Source: an uncultured virus (IMG/VR IMGVR_UViG_3300020214_001677)
Taxonomy: Duplodnaviria; Heunggongvirae; Uroviricota; Caudoviricetes
Virus record (IMG/VR): IMGVR_UViG_3300020214_001677
Strand: one strand, 5' to 3'
Length of the DNA: 64,000 nt
Shown: positions 9,611 through 18,976 of the stretch, in pieces
How positions within the stretch are numbered: the stretch's first letter is position 1
How the letters are laid out: every line of letters begins with the position of its first letter
Position numbers and translations under genes: made by a program
The notes under the pieces: model-generated
The model's database searches: none
Told to the model about the DNA's origin: nothing
Seen by the model: the letters and a program-made list of their open reading frames with translations, nothing else

Positions 9611-10449
9611 GAATTTTTTTCTACCTTTTTACTAGCTTTAATAAAGTTTTTTCTAGCCATTGATTCTCTGTTTTTTGCGGCTTTTATAAAGTGATCATAC
9701 ACATCAGTATACCAGTAAGCTATAGCAGATATCACTAATCCAATTGTTGTCGCAGCTAATGATAGTATAAATTTGTCTGAGTAGTCAAGTTCTTGTTGAC
9801 TAAATCTCGCTCCAGTAGCAAGTGTTGTCAAGAGCAAGAATAATACAGAATTTATTCCCATTGTATTTTTTGCCGTTGATTTATTGTAAACTTCTTTTTC
9901 TTTGTCAGTTGTATCTTGTTTGTTTTTTCTTTTTTTTACGAGCATTCTTATTGCATAGGCTGCACCTAGTTGAGCACATACAAAAGCGTAAGAAAAAGAC
10001 ATGATAACAGCGGAGGCCCTTTCGGCTCTTTCGGCCCAAATATCTTCTCCAAATTTACCAACAAAAATATCTTTCCATAATAAAAAATCAAAAACTAAAC
10101 CAACTACAACTGAAAACCAAATGATTTCTGATCCGTAATTAGAGGTATTAGAAGAATGAGGATAAAGTTGTTCTTTTGTTTCTTGATAATTTGTTTGAGC
10201 TCCCTGATATTCCTTATAGGCTAATTCATACTCTGATAATAGTTCTTTTTTTTGTATTTCTTTTGGTGATGTAGCTTCTTGTAGTTTTTTTTCAAGCTCT
10301 TCGTTCTTTGTTTTTAGTTCAAAATTTTCTGTTTCAACTCCAGAATATTTTTGTGATAAACCATCCAAAAGCTTGCCAAAACGTTTCTTGTTTCTCTTAG
10401 ACAATAGATCAATTTGATCTTTGTCATCGACAGGATGTTGAGCGTTCAT
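9607..10449 (-). CDS. Coiled-coil plus 4-TM membrane protein
   Basis: Four hydrophobic segments; ATGA overlaps with both neighbours. Confidence 0.65.
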   Translation of the reverse strand: MNAQHPVDDKDQIDLLSKRNKKRFGKLLDGLSQKYSGVETENFELKTKNEELEKKLQEATSPKEIQKKELLSEYELAYKEYQGAQTNYQETKEQLYPHSSNTSNYGSEIIWFSVVVGLVFDFLLWKDIFVGKFGEDIWAERAERASAVIMSFSYAFVCAQLGAAYAIRMLVKKRKNKQDTTDKEKEVYNKSTAKNTMGINSVLFLLLTTLATGARFSQQELDYSDKFILSLAATTIGLVISAIAYWYTDVYDHFIKAAKNRESMARKNFIKASKKVEKNS

Positions 10450-10706
10450 TCTTCTATAAAAATGCATTCACCAGGACAGTCTTCGGCCGACTGAATAACT
10501 TCATCAAGCATTGTGTCGGGAAACTCGGTCGTTTCTGTCATTTTTAACTTTGGTTCGTTTCCTTTCCCATCTGGGCCAAACAAATTTGGCCAGCTCGGAT
10601 CCTTGACGTATGCAAGTCCATCCGAATGCATCATGAATACAGCCGGAGCTAGTTCCGTGCACAGGCCATCGCCAGTACATAGGTCTTGGTCAATCCAAAC
10701 TTTCAT
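10446..10706 (-). CDS. fdx: Ferredoxin (single cluster, actinobacterial type)
   Basis: MKVWIDQDLCTGDGLCTELAPAVF...CPGECI. Confidence 0.9.
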   Translation of the reverse strand: MKVWIDQDLCTGDGLCTELAPAVFMMHSDGLAYVKDPSWPNLFGPDGKGNEPKLKMTETTEFPDTMLDEVIQSAEDCPGECIFIEE

Positions 10707-10711
10707 GAAGA

Positions 10712-11134
10712 TTAGTCTTCATCGTCCATATCTTCTTCGTCCATATCAATATTAACCAATCCGTCTGGTATGGCCGCTAAACGGCAGCGTCCGCCTGGCT
10801 CTATCTTTTGTTTAATAATTCTACATACGGACTCTGACTCGTGCAGTACACAGTTCTCACAACGCACGCCTATATCGTAGTCGTCGTTCTCGGCTTTGGA
10901 AACATATCCAACCCATATTCCGTTGTTGTCCATGTCGGAAAGCTTCCCGTACTTTTGAGCAATCGACAATAAGCTATTAGCAAATTCTCTCTCGGCGGCG
11001 GACATTCTTACTCTGTCCATATCTGATACGTCGCAACATGGCATGGCTTTTGAAGATCCCTTTTTAGCGGCTTCACTAATGTTTTTAGCTACGCTTTTTT
11101 GATAGTTAATATCTGATAGCCAGTGATTAGACAT
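10712..11134 (-). CDS. HiPIP-like iron-sulfur protein
   Basis: RCENC-x8-C-x11-C (CENCVLHESESVCRIIKQKIEPGGRC). Confidence 0.55.
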   Translation of the reverse strand: MSNHWLSDINYQKSVAKNISEAAKKGSSKAMPCCDVSDMDRVRMSAAEREFANSLLSIAQKYGKLSDMDNNGIWVGYVSKAENDDYDIGVRCENCVLHESESVCRIIKQKIEPGGRCRLAAIPDGLVNIDMDEEDMDDED

Positions 11135-11256
11135 TTTTAATCTCCATAATTTGAGAATTATTAATATATAGTAACATATTTAATTGCCTTGCGCAATATA
11201 TATATGTTACTATTGAAATAAGAGGTGAATTATGATCGCTGGAATAGTTAAATAAT

Positions 11257-12552
11257 ATGAGCGGAATTGATCTCAATGTTGGATGGAAAATACATTTTGA
11301 TCCAATAAATGAAAGCGATAATACCCTGGCAGCCATAGATGAATTTGTTCGCGGCACTGGTCATAAATTTAAAAGAGTTGGACTTCCTGGCGGAGGCGAG
11401 CGCGGGGGAAAATACTATACGGCATATCCTCAGTCCCTTGAAGCAAGAGATGAATTGATAAATTCTCTAGAAGAATTTCATTCAAGAAAAAATCTTTTAG
11501 CGGAAATTGGACCCGATTTTCAACTAGAGGCTAACACAAAAGTCACTCCAAGGATATCTAGTCGTTTTACCACGGGATATTCCGAATTTGATCCCAAAAC
11601 AGGACTTCCACTTTTTGACAAATCAACAACGGCTCCAAATGAAGCTGCTGCATCAGATGCAGCACAAAAGATTGGTAAAATAAATCATTACATAAAAGAC
11701 AGCTGGACATCTACAGGCGCTCACACTCAAACTACTAAATCATTTGGTTTGAGGGTAACGGCAGAAGAGTTGGCAGAGGATACTGATTTACTTAAAAAAA
11801 ATTATCCAGAAGTTCATGAACTATTAGTTGGCAAACCAGGATATCAGTCTCCTTATCCTGGAATCCAGTCCAGCGCTCCAATAAAATTCAATCCTATAGA
11901 GACACAACCAAAACCAGTTACAAAAAGAGTAGGCCCTACACCACCAGAATCAGGAACTACATTAAAAAATGTTGGCGAAGAACCAGCGCAAACGAGGCTA
12001 AGAGGAAAAGCCATCAAAGAATACGAAAAGGTTTATCCAGCTCCAAACCAGAGCCATGAAGCCACAATGGCTGATATTGAAAATATAAAAAAACAGAGGC
12101 AAAAATCCGCTGAAGCAGCAGTAACAGCCGAACAAAACGCTCGCGAAAAAGCAGAAAGAAAAGTAAAAAGAAGAACCGAAAGAAAAACAAAAGCGGAGGC
12201 AGCCAGAGAAGCCAGAGAGGGAAGATTAAGGCATGGTGAACCAACTGATTTGCCAACCGAAACAAAGCCCATTGTTCCTAAAGTTGACGACGTTGTTCCA
12301 AAGGCCGCAGCAGAAACCGCCGCAGAAACTGCCCCTAAATCTCCTCCAATACCTTCTCCAGCCGATTCTACAAGGAGGGCTAGTAATACAACTAAAAAAA
12401 TTGCAGAATCCCTGGATGCCGCCAAAAAAGCAGTTAAAGGACACACCAATGCAAGAGGTCTTTTACTTGCTGGAGCCGCAAGTATAGTTGGAGTTGGCTT
12501 ATATCAAAGAAATAGGCAAACTAGAATTGAACCCGATGAGGACTACCACTAG
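11257..12552 (+). CDS. Protein with N-terminal RamC_N/OspF-like (phosphoSer/Thr lyase-like) domain, charged low-complexity linker and C-terminal hydrophobic segment
   Basis: GWKIHF ... FK ... GKYYTAYP resembles the GWKIHVS ... GKFITIYP of class III lanthipeptide synthetase lyase domains. Confidence 0.55.
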   Translation: MSGIDLNVGWKIHFDPINESDNTLAAIDEFVRGTGHKFKRVGLPGGGERGGKYYTAYPQSLEARDELINSLEEFHSRKNLLAEIGPDFQLEANTKVTPRISSRFTTGYSEFDPKTGLPLFDKSTTAPNEAAASDAAQKIGKINHYIKDSWTSTGAHTQTTKSFGLRVTAEELAEDTDLLKKNYPEVHELLVGKPGYQSPYPGIQSSAPIKFNPIETQPKPVTKRVGPTPPESGTTLKNVGEEPAQTRLRGKAIKEYEKVYPAPNQSHEATMADIENIKKQRQKSAEAAVTAEQNAREKAERKVKRRTERKTKAEAAREAREGRLRHGEPTDLPTETKPIVPKVDDVVPKAAAETAAETAPKSPPIPSPADSTRRASNTTKKIAESLDAAKKAVKGHTNARGLLLAGAASIVGVGLYQRNRQTRIEPDEDYH

Positions 12553-12555
12553 TTT

Positions 12556-12630
<75 letters not shown>

Positions 12631-12737
12631 AATTACTATTATAGTATGATAATTCGCATATTGTTCGCCCAATTATTTCAAATTCTGCGAAATTGGAAAA
12701 CATATATAAAAATTTTTAGTACAAAAATTGATTAAAA

Positions 12738-13001
12738 TTAATTTATAAACCAATCGGCATTTTCGTGCAGGTCGTAGGCGTTATTGCTAAGATTGTTCTT
12801 TATTATTTCTTTTATGTTTTCAATAGTATTTTGATAAGATTTAGATTCTCTACCTAGAAAAAGACAGATCTGCCAAACTGAATCAGTTAATCTTTTTGCC
12901 ATTGTTATGGCAAATTTTTCTTCTAACTTATCATTTTTTAATGAATTAAAAATAGATTTATATATTTGAGTATATTGATCATTATTTATTTCATCGGTCA
13001 T
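12738..13001 (-). CDS. Hypothetical protein
   Basis: ATG at 13001, just after the upstream stop. Confidence 0.55.
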   Translation of the reverse strand: MTDEINNDQYTQIYKSIFNSLKNDKLEEKFAITMAKRLTDSVWQICLFLGRESKSYQNTIENIKEIIKNNLSNNAYDLHENADWFIN

Positions 13002-13002
13002 T

Positions 13003-13368
13003 TTAGCTCTCCATTTCATGCCAGTTAGATACTTTTGCTCCAACCATTATATCTTTTTTGAAGATAATTTCATACTCTAACCAATAGTTCTTATGTTCAG
13101 AAACATTTATTATTCCGTAGCACGTAATATTTTTGTCAATTGAAATTGGTTCCGACTCCTCATAAAAATTGGTGCTTTCACTATATCTATTTATCTCTTT
13201 TAGCGCACCCTTCATAGTAACAACGTATCTTGTCATTACGTTCTCAAAATCTTTGGTTTGAAAGACGTCTTCGTCAAGAAATTTTTCTATTGCCAGACAC
13301 AATTCTTTATCCACATCTTTTGGTAGGGGCAATCTGGGTTCAAAATATATTTCATCAAACAATCCCAT
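13003..13368 (-). CDS. Phage hypothetical protein (MGxFD...FQTKD type)
   Basis: MGLFDEI...FQTKDFENVM. Confidence 0.6.
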   Translation of the reverse strand: MGLFDEIYFEPRLPLPKDVDKELCLAIEKFLDEDVFQTKDFENVMTRYVVTMKGALKEINRYSESTNFYEESEPISIDKNITCYGIINVSEHKNYWLEYEIIFKKDIMVGAKVSNWHEMES

Positions 13369-13652
13369 ATTTAATCCATTCTTGTATGGGGCTAGCAGTT
13401 TCATTTACTAACCCCATACAGAGCATCTGACTTCGTGATAGAAATTATACCACATCCCCTAATAGGGAAAAAACTCCAAAATGAAAAACCCCTCGAAAAA
13501 TTTTTCCCAATTTTACCCTATATAGGAAAAATAAAGATTGTTTTGAGATTACTATTTAGGCATGGCACAGACTAGAAGATTATATCGGACCAGGCGATAA
13601 ATTTAATTTAATTAATATTGGTAATCGAACTCCAATATCCACGAGATCTGGA

Positions 13653-14414
13653 TTGATTCCAGCAATTGCCTTAGATCTTGATAAAACTGTTTATACCAAT
13701 TCACCTGCAATGGAAGCAGCAGAAAACTCAGCTCTATATGACAGAATAATCCCATTTAATGAAACAAAAAAGATGTTTGGACTTACTAATTTTCCTGAAG
13801 AACAAGAAATTGCAATGAAAAAAGGATTTTGGGGTGAATGGGAAAAACTAGCAATTAAAGATATTGAACCAAATGAAGAAATGATAAAGTTTTTGCAAAG
13901 GCTACAGGGATCTGGAATTTCGCTAAATGCAATGACGGCAAGAAGTGCAAGAATTCAAGAGCCAACAATGAGATTATTGGAAAAAATGGGTATATTTCCA
14001 AATGAAGTATTTTTTAGACCAGATACGGTTGCAGGTGAGGATATGTCCGCTGCTACTATGAAAGTTAATTGGATGAAACAAACTGCAAACAAATATAATT
14101 ATGTTGCTATGTTTGATGATTCTAAGTCGAATGTAGAGGCTGCTTTAAAATATGGGGTTCCGACAATTCTTCAGCCATCCGACAAATCAAGTAAGGTGGA
14201 TCCAGAGTTTTTAGAGGGAGCTATTTCAAGGGGTCGTAGCAAAATGGAAGAATTCGCAGCAAAGGGCTTAATTACACCAAAGCAAATGAAAAAAGGAATA
14301 TATAATACAAGAGCTTTACTTGATATTGCGATAGGTGGATCAGCGTCAAGTCAAAGAACTTTTTCCGGAATATCTGAAGCCAAATCTTTGGCGAAACTTA
14401 TTATGAGAATTTAA
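13653..14414 (+). CDS. HAD-superfamily phosphatase (PNKP 3'-phosphatase-like); start uncertain
   Basis: DLDKT (motif I), MTAR (II), K (III), MFDDS (IV). Confidence 0.75.
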   Translation: MIPAIALDLDKTVYTNSPAMEAAENSALYDRIIPFNETKKMFGLTNFPEEQEIAMKKGFWGEWEKLAIKDIEPNEEMIKFLQRLQGSGISLNAMTARSARIQEPTMRLLEKMGIFPNEVFFRPDTVAGEDMSAATMKVNWMKQTANKYNYVAMFDDSKSNVEAALKYGVPTILQPSDKSSKVDPEFLEGAISRGRSKMEEFAAKGLITPKQMKKGIYNTRALLDIAIGGSASSQRTFSGISEAKSLAKLIMRI

Positions 14415-14444
14415 AAAGCAGTAATCTGAGGCCTAGGTATTTAT

Positions 14445-15002
14445 ATGAATGAAAACACTTTCAGAATATTAGTTGGCGAGACGGCCAGGGGTGTCGTTGA
14501 TCCTTCTTATATCGAGGAACTCAACGAAATTCTTTCTCGAGCAAGGTTTGGAAACATAACTTTTGAAAGGGTTGGAAGAAGCGGATCAGTTCAACTGGGC
14601 AGACCGGTTAATTTGAGCGGGGCAGTCAATATAATAACCGCAGATCCACAAACTGCAGAAGCAGAAACCTTTTTGGGTAAAAATATACCAGAAAAAGGAG
14701 GACGCGCATTAAGGGATCCTGTAACTGACGTAAGCTTTCAAAGATTTGTTTCCTCTGAAAATCTTGTTGATAAAATAAACAAAAATGCAAGAAGTCAGCT
14801 TTTTGTGAGCCCAAGTCTACTCGAAAGAGCTCAAGGTTCTAGACCTAGAGAAAGAATGCTAAGCAGAGTGATGAGTCTTGCCGTTCCGTTTCACGAAATA
14901 GGACATGCTGCGAGTTTTCAGGCTGGTCTTTTTGACGAAGCTGTAAAAGGTCAAAAAATGCGGACCGAATTTATCAAGAAATATAGCCGATATGATCCTT
15001 AA
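14445..15002 (+). CDS. Zincin-like metallopeptidase, N-terminal part (frameshifted)
   Basis: FHEIGHAAS (HExxH) near the end of the ORF. Confidence 0.55.
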   Translation: MNENTFRILVGETARGVVDPSYIEELNEILSRARFGNITFERVGRSGSVQLGRPVNLSGAVNIITADPQTAEAETFLGKNIPEKGGRALRDPVTDVSFQRFVSSENLVDKINKNARSQLFVSPSLLERAQGSRPRERMLSRVMSLAVPFHEIGHAASFQAGLFDEAVKGQKMRTEFIKKYSRYDP

Positions 15003-15666
15003 CAATACGATGAGCGATAACTACATACATGGTCAGGTAGACAGATTGAGAGAAATGTATTTAAAAAACGTAGTTGAATACGGGTTGGAAGAAGCCAGAG
15101 CCGATACTTTCATGTGGCAAGCGATAAAAGAAACTGAAATGGGAACCTTTTTGCATTCGGGGAGAATGGGGCCAATGGAAAGAAAATTAATTGCGAGCAC
15201 CTCAAATTATCTCTTGCCAGGATCCATGGACGATTTATCAACAAGAATAGCTAGAAAATTTAATCTAAATGGCAAGTTTGGCATTGATAATCTGATAGAT
15301 GATGAGCTTATAGAAGAAGCTTCTTATAGGTCAAGAGCGGCTTATTTGTCAAGTGTGGGTTACGGAGATCTAGAAAATGTGCTGGGCCCTACGAGAAAGG
15401 ATTTTATCGAGGGGACGACCTTTGACAGGGGAACACAATTGTCGGCCAGAAAAGCCCAAGAATCTTTCGTAGATGAGTACAACAAGCACAGCGCAGGAAG
15501 GTATGAAGTCAAATTCTCGTCTAGAGTGGCATATCCGGAAACAAGCACGATAGAATTTGGAAAAGAAATAATTAGGCCGTCCACAAAAGCGGGTTCTCGT
15601 AGCGCAAAAACGTTTCTTGGGATAGTCGACGCAAAACAGGTTGCAAGAGCGGTTACTAGAATATAA
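14992..15666 (+). CDS. Zincin-like metallopeptidase, C-terminal part
   Basis: GLEEARADTF could supply the third Zn ligand; overlaps the previous ORF in the +1 frame. Confidence 0.5.
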   Translation: MILNNTMSDNYIHGQVDRLREMYLKNVVEYGLEEARADTFMWQAIKETEMGTFLHSGRMGPMERKLIASTSNYLLPGSMDDLSTRIARKFNLNGKFGIDNLIDDELIEEASYRSRAAYLSSVGYGDLENVLGPTRKDFIEGTTFDRGTQLSARKAQESFVDEYNKHSAGRYEVKFSSRVAYPETSTIEFGKEIIRPSTKAGSRSAKTFLGIVDAKQVARAVTRI

Positions 15667-15734
15667 ATCAATAATCTGAATTTCTAGTATAAAAAATATT
15701 TTTTGAATCAACAAAAAAAGAGCATTTCAATCCA

Positions 15735-15843
15735 CTGTGAGGGTCGTCATAAGAAGGAATTCTATAGTCGCCCAATCCAGGAACAAACAGATGTACGAAC
15801 TCATCTATCTTTCGACTAAAGATTTATACGACGACCCTCACAG
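15735..15843. ncRNA. Long interrupted hairpin between convergent genes (candidate sRNA or bidirectional terminator)
   Basis: Perfect 14-bp IR ctgtgagggtcgtc/gacgaccctcacag with nested tagtcg/cgacta and agatg/catct stems. Confidence 0.5.
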
Positions 15844-15860
15844 CAGAAAACTGAAGCTTA

Positions 15861-16208
15861 TTACTTAGGCGAAACCATTACCCAAAGATCGTACATCTTT
15901 GTAGCGTCATTGAATACGCTAGACGATGACAAAGCAAGATTGTCTTTTGCCGCGCGTGCATAAAGAGAACCTATTATAGAGGCTTTTGTCTTCTTGTCGG
16001 TTATCGGAATGTTGACATGAGCCCAAACATTGCGGTTTCGAATCAACTCGTTGTATATCGCAGAAATTACTGGATTACGACGACGACCCCGTCCTGCGTT
16101 GTAGGGTGGTTCACCCTTAAGGAAAGTAACGAGCTTTGTCGGCTCTGCCATCGCAAACTTTTGCGGGTTCTGGATGACTTGTGTTTCGGTGCTGGCAACC
16201 ATCGGCAT
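15861..16208 (-). CDS. Hypothetical protein
   Basis: AGGAG SD; 115 aa. Confidence 0.65.
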   Translation of the reverse strand: MPMVASTETQVIQNPQKFAMAEPTKLVTFLKGEPPYNAGRGRRRNPVISAIYNELIRNRNVWAHVNIPITDKKTKASIIGSLYARAAKDNLALSSSSVFNDATKMYDLWVMVSPK

Positions 16209-16729
16209 GATGATCTCCTATTTGTTGTTTGGATGTTGAAAATATTATATGATAAGTTCAATACTTTGATTTACAATGAAAATATTTCTGTTTTCTGTAC
16301 CTTTATATTGGCAGTATCTACCTCTGCATTTCTTACAATGGCAAAATTGCAAGGGTTAGATATAGCCTCCAATGCTACGTCAACGGCTCTATTGGAAGAA
16401 GCGGCGTCAACGTACAAGGTTATGGGTACTGTTACTGAATATATGTTGTATTCGCTACTTTTGGTTACCATCGTCAGCCTACTTTGATTCCTTCCCAATC
16501 AACCAAAGGCTTCTTTCGATAAAACAAAGTAAAAACCAAAAGTAACAATAATTCAAATATTTTCGCAATATTTTTTATGTTAAACAAATTAGATATAAAC
16601 TTTATAATATTTTGGCCAAATTTTTCTGAAATATTTTTATCATCAGAATTAACATTGAAATCATTCATGATCTTCCTTTTTGTTTAAGAGTTGTTATACT
16701 ATGCTATATCAATACTCTATAAAACAAAA

Positions 16730-17038
16730 CTAAACCGCTACTTGCGCTTGCCGACCACTAATTTGCATTTCAATTTTTCTTGAAGAATGTGACACGGGAT
16801 TCTGACAAACAGGAGAATACTCCAAATTCACAAACACAGTAACGCTATTGCCACAAAGGGGACAAACCCATTTTGTAGCTTTTTTTGAAGACTGAGCAGG
16901 CATTACAGAACTGCACTCATGCAATACGATATTATCTTTAGTGCACTCGGGACAAACCCTAGGTTTTCTTCCCCTAGATTTGTTCCGTGTCCACGTAGAA
17001 CTACAAACTTCGCAAACCAAAGACTCTTTAAGTGCCAT
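16730..17038 (-). CDS. Zinc-ribbon protein
   Basis: CEVC, RGRKPRVCPEC, CPLC. Confidence 0.65.
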   Translation of the reverse strand: MALKESLVCEVCSSTWTRNKSRGRKPRVCPECTKDNIVLHECSSVMPAQSSKKATKWVCPLCGNSVTVFVNLEYSPVCQNPVSHSSRKIEMQISGRQAQVAV

Positions 17039-17099
17039 TTAAATCTCCATAAAAATAGTTAAAATATATAATAATCTATAAATAGATATTATACACAAA

Positions 17100-17729
17100 C
17101 TACCTACGTTTCTTGCCTACTTTAGGCGTTTCCTGCACAAAAGTATGAAAAGGAGCTCCAGTGCCTGGATCAAATCTTGCAGCGACGTTGACGGCCTTAA
17201 GGGCCAAAGTCTTAGCTTGATTTATGGATATCTTTCTTTTCCCTCTAATGACCTGCAAGGCACCCAGAGCATAAGAAGACCCTGTGCCTATAGCATAAAA
17301 ATTCTGCGCATCAGAAGTCCAAGAATAGTCTCCATCAAGTATGTATATTACTCCTGCAACAGAAATCAAAACAGTAGAATCGTTCTCTGCTATATGCTTT
17401 TTTTCATTGGTATCAGGCAAAGCATATCCGTGTTGTTCAAAACACTCTCTTATCGAAGGCACAACCTTAGAAGTAAAAAACTGATCTAACTTTTTACCGA
17501 CCGTTGCCGGAGGTACAGCCGGAGGCTGATAAACATGATGCAAAAGATTAATCGCCCTCATGTCTCCCGCCGCACCTAAAAGGTACTTTCCATTCACTGC
17601 AACTTTGCCGTTTCCATCTTTCAAAGTAGTAATTTGAGAAATGACACCATCATCATCAACGGTAGATATACGCGAATCAGAACAAACCACAGAAAAATTA
17701 TCGCCCTGTATACCCACTATGGTAGTCAT
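17100..17729 (-). CDS. Proteasome beta-subunit/HslV-like Ntn threonine protease
   Basis: M-TTIVG N-terminal nucleophile, SDSR, conserved Lys (GKV), GAAGD, AIGTGSSYALGA, DPGTG. Confidence 0.85.
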   Translation of the reverse strand: MTTIVGIQGDNFSVVCSDSRISTVDDDGVISQITTLKDGNGKVAVNGKYLLGAAGDMRAINLLHHVYQPPAVPPATVGKKLDQFFTSKVVPSIRECFEQHGYALPDTNEKKHIAENDSTVLISVAGVIYILDGDYSWTSDAQNFYAIGTGSSYALGALQVIRGKRKISINQAKTLALKAVNVAARFDPGTGAPFHTFVQETPKVGKKRR

Positions 17730-17886
17730 ATAGCAATACAGTCTAACATACTACAGCCTAGATTCAGAAGAACTGCTATAATACAAAGAACCAAAAACCT
17801 TGTGGGCAATATCATTTACTTCAGAAGATGTGACTGTTTTACAAGAAAGATCTACAAAAAGTATACGCCTATTTTTATTCCTCCAT

Positions 17887-18168
17887 TTATTCTTCTTCTT
17901 GTTTCTCTTTCCCATGTTGTTTATGTTCCTTAATATTCGACTTTTTATTTATAGTTTGACAAATATATTTATTCCTTATATTTTTGTTAAAATACTCTCC
18001 AACAGAAGGAGACCTAACTAAAGATTCATAAACTTCTTTAGGCACTCCATGATACATCCAAGTAGAACCACTAGAAAACTGAACTAAAAGAACCTCACTA
18101 TTAGAGTCCCAAGAAACATTCTTAATAAACGAACTTGTGCGATAGAAAATAGACCTTATTGAACTCAT
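17887..18168 (-). CDS. KTSC domain protein
   Basis: SSFIKNVSWD...LLVQFSSGSTWMYHGVP...SPSVGEYFNKNIRNKY. Confidence 0.9.
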   Translation of the reverse strand: MSSIRSIFYRTSSFIKNVSWDSNSEVLLVQFSSGSTWMYHGVPKEVYESLVRSPSVGEYFNKNIRNKYICQTINKKSNIKEHKQHGKEKQEEE

Positions 18169-18608
18169 GGGTAACCGTAAAACTCCTTTGTATACTCATT
18201 GACATAAAGACCAGCATCAGACACGGTGCCTTGAGTCCTAACTACATAATACATTCCGTTAGACCACAATGCACCCTCTACGATTTTTCCTTCTTTATGC
18301 TTAGAAGGTACAGTCTTAACATAGTACCATGTTCCATCGTCCAAAAGTTTATATCTGAATAACTCCAAGGGCACTCTAGAAGATATCTGTTGTTTTGAAG
18401 ACTCAAAAATATCTATCTTAGAATGAAACACAGCAAAAGTATTTATTAAATCTAAAATTTCATCCAAACTGTAATTTAAAGTAGTGTAAGAAACATAAGA
18501 AGGAAACATCGTCAAAAACTGCGTATGCAAATAATATGAACTGTCCTCAGAAATAGTCGAATCTATAGAAGATATAGTTTCTGGAACATGCAATAATATA
18601 CTAGGCAC
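18165..18608 (-). CDS. Hypothetical protein
   Basis: Overlaps neighbouring starts/stops in the operon. Confidence 0.55.
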   Translation of the reverse strand: MPSILLHVPETISSIDSTISEDSSYYLHTQFLTMFPSYVSYTTLNYSLDEILDLINTFAVFHSKIDIFESSKQQISSRVPLELFRYKLLDDGTWYYVKTVPSKHKEGKIVEGALWSNGMYYVVRTQGTVSDAGLYVNEYTKEFYGYP

Positions 18609-18976
18609 TAGACGACCTTATCTTGTAAGATACTTTCCTTCATAAGCAATTTGACATAAAGTATTTTCTTCTCTAAAGAATTCAAAAACTTAAGAGTATT
18701 TACTCTCCACAAAGATTCCGTTGCCAGTAATTTGTGGATGTCCTCTTTTGGTGCATTTCTATCCTTCATTTGCTGTAGCAATATCTTTCTACCGGCCTCG
18801 CGAGAAGAAATATTGTACTCTACATCTCTTTTTATTGAATACAAACAATAAAACCATTTATCAATATTTAAAACTAAAGTTTCCAATTCAGATGGAGTGA
18901 CCTGTGTTTTGATATCTTTGTTCACCAAAGCTTCAAAAGCCGACAAGTCACTTCGATTATACTGCTTTGCTTGCAT
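18608..18976 (-). CDS. Hypothetical protein
   Basis: In operon; AAGGA SD. Confidence 0.6.
   Translation of the reverse strand: MQAKQYNRSDLSAFEALVNKDIKTQVTPSELETLVLNIDKWFYCLYSIKRDVEYNISSREAGRKILLQQMKDRNAPKEDIHKLLATESLWRVNTLKFLNSLEKKILYVKLLMKESILQDKVV

Noticed and set aside
13440..13535. Replication origin or genome end in the A/T-tract region
   Set aside because: Only A/T runs and a short CCCT-AAT-AGGG inverted repeat; nothing diagnostic without skew or read data.
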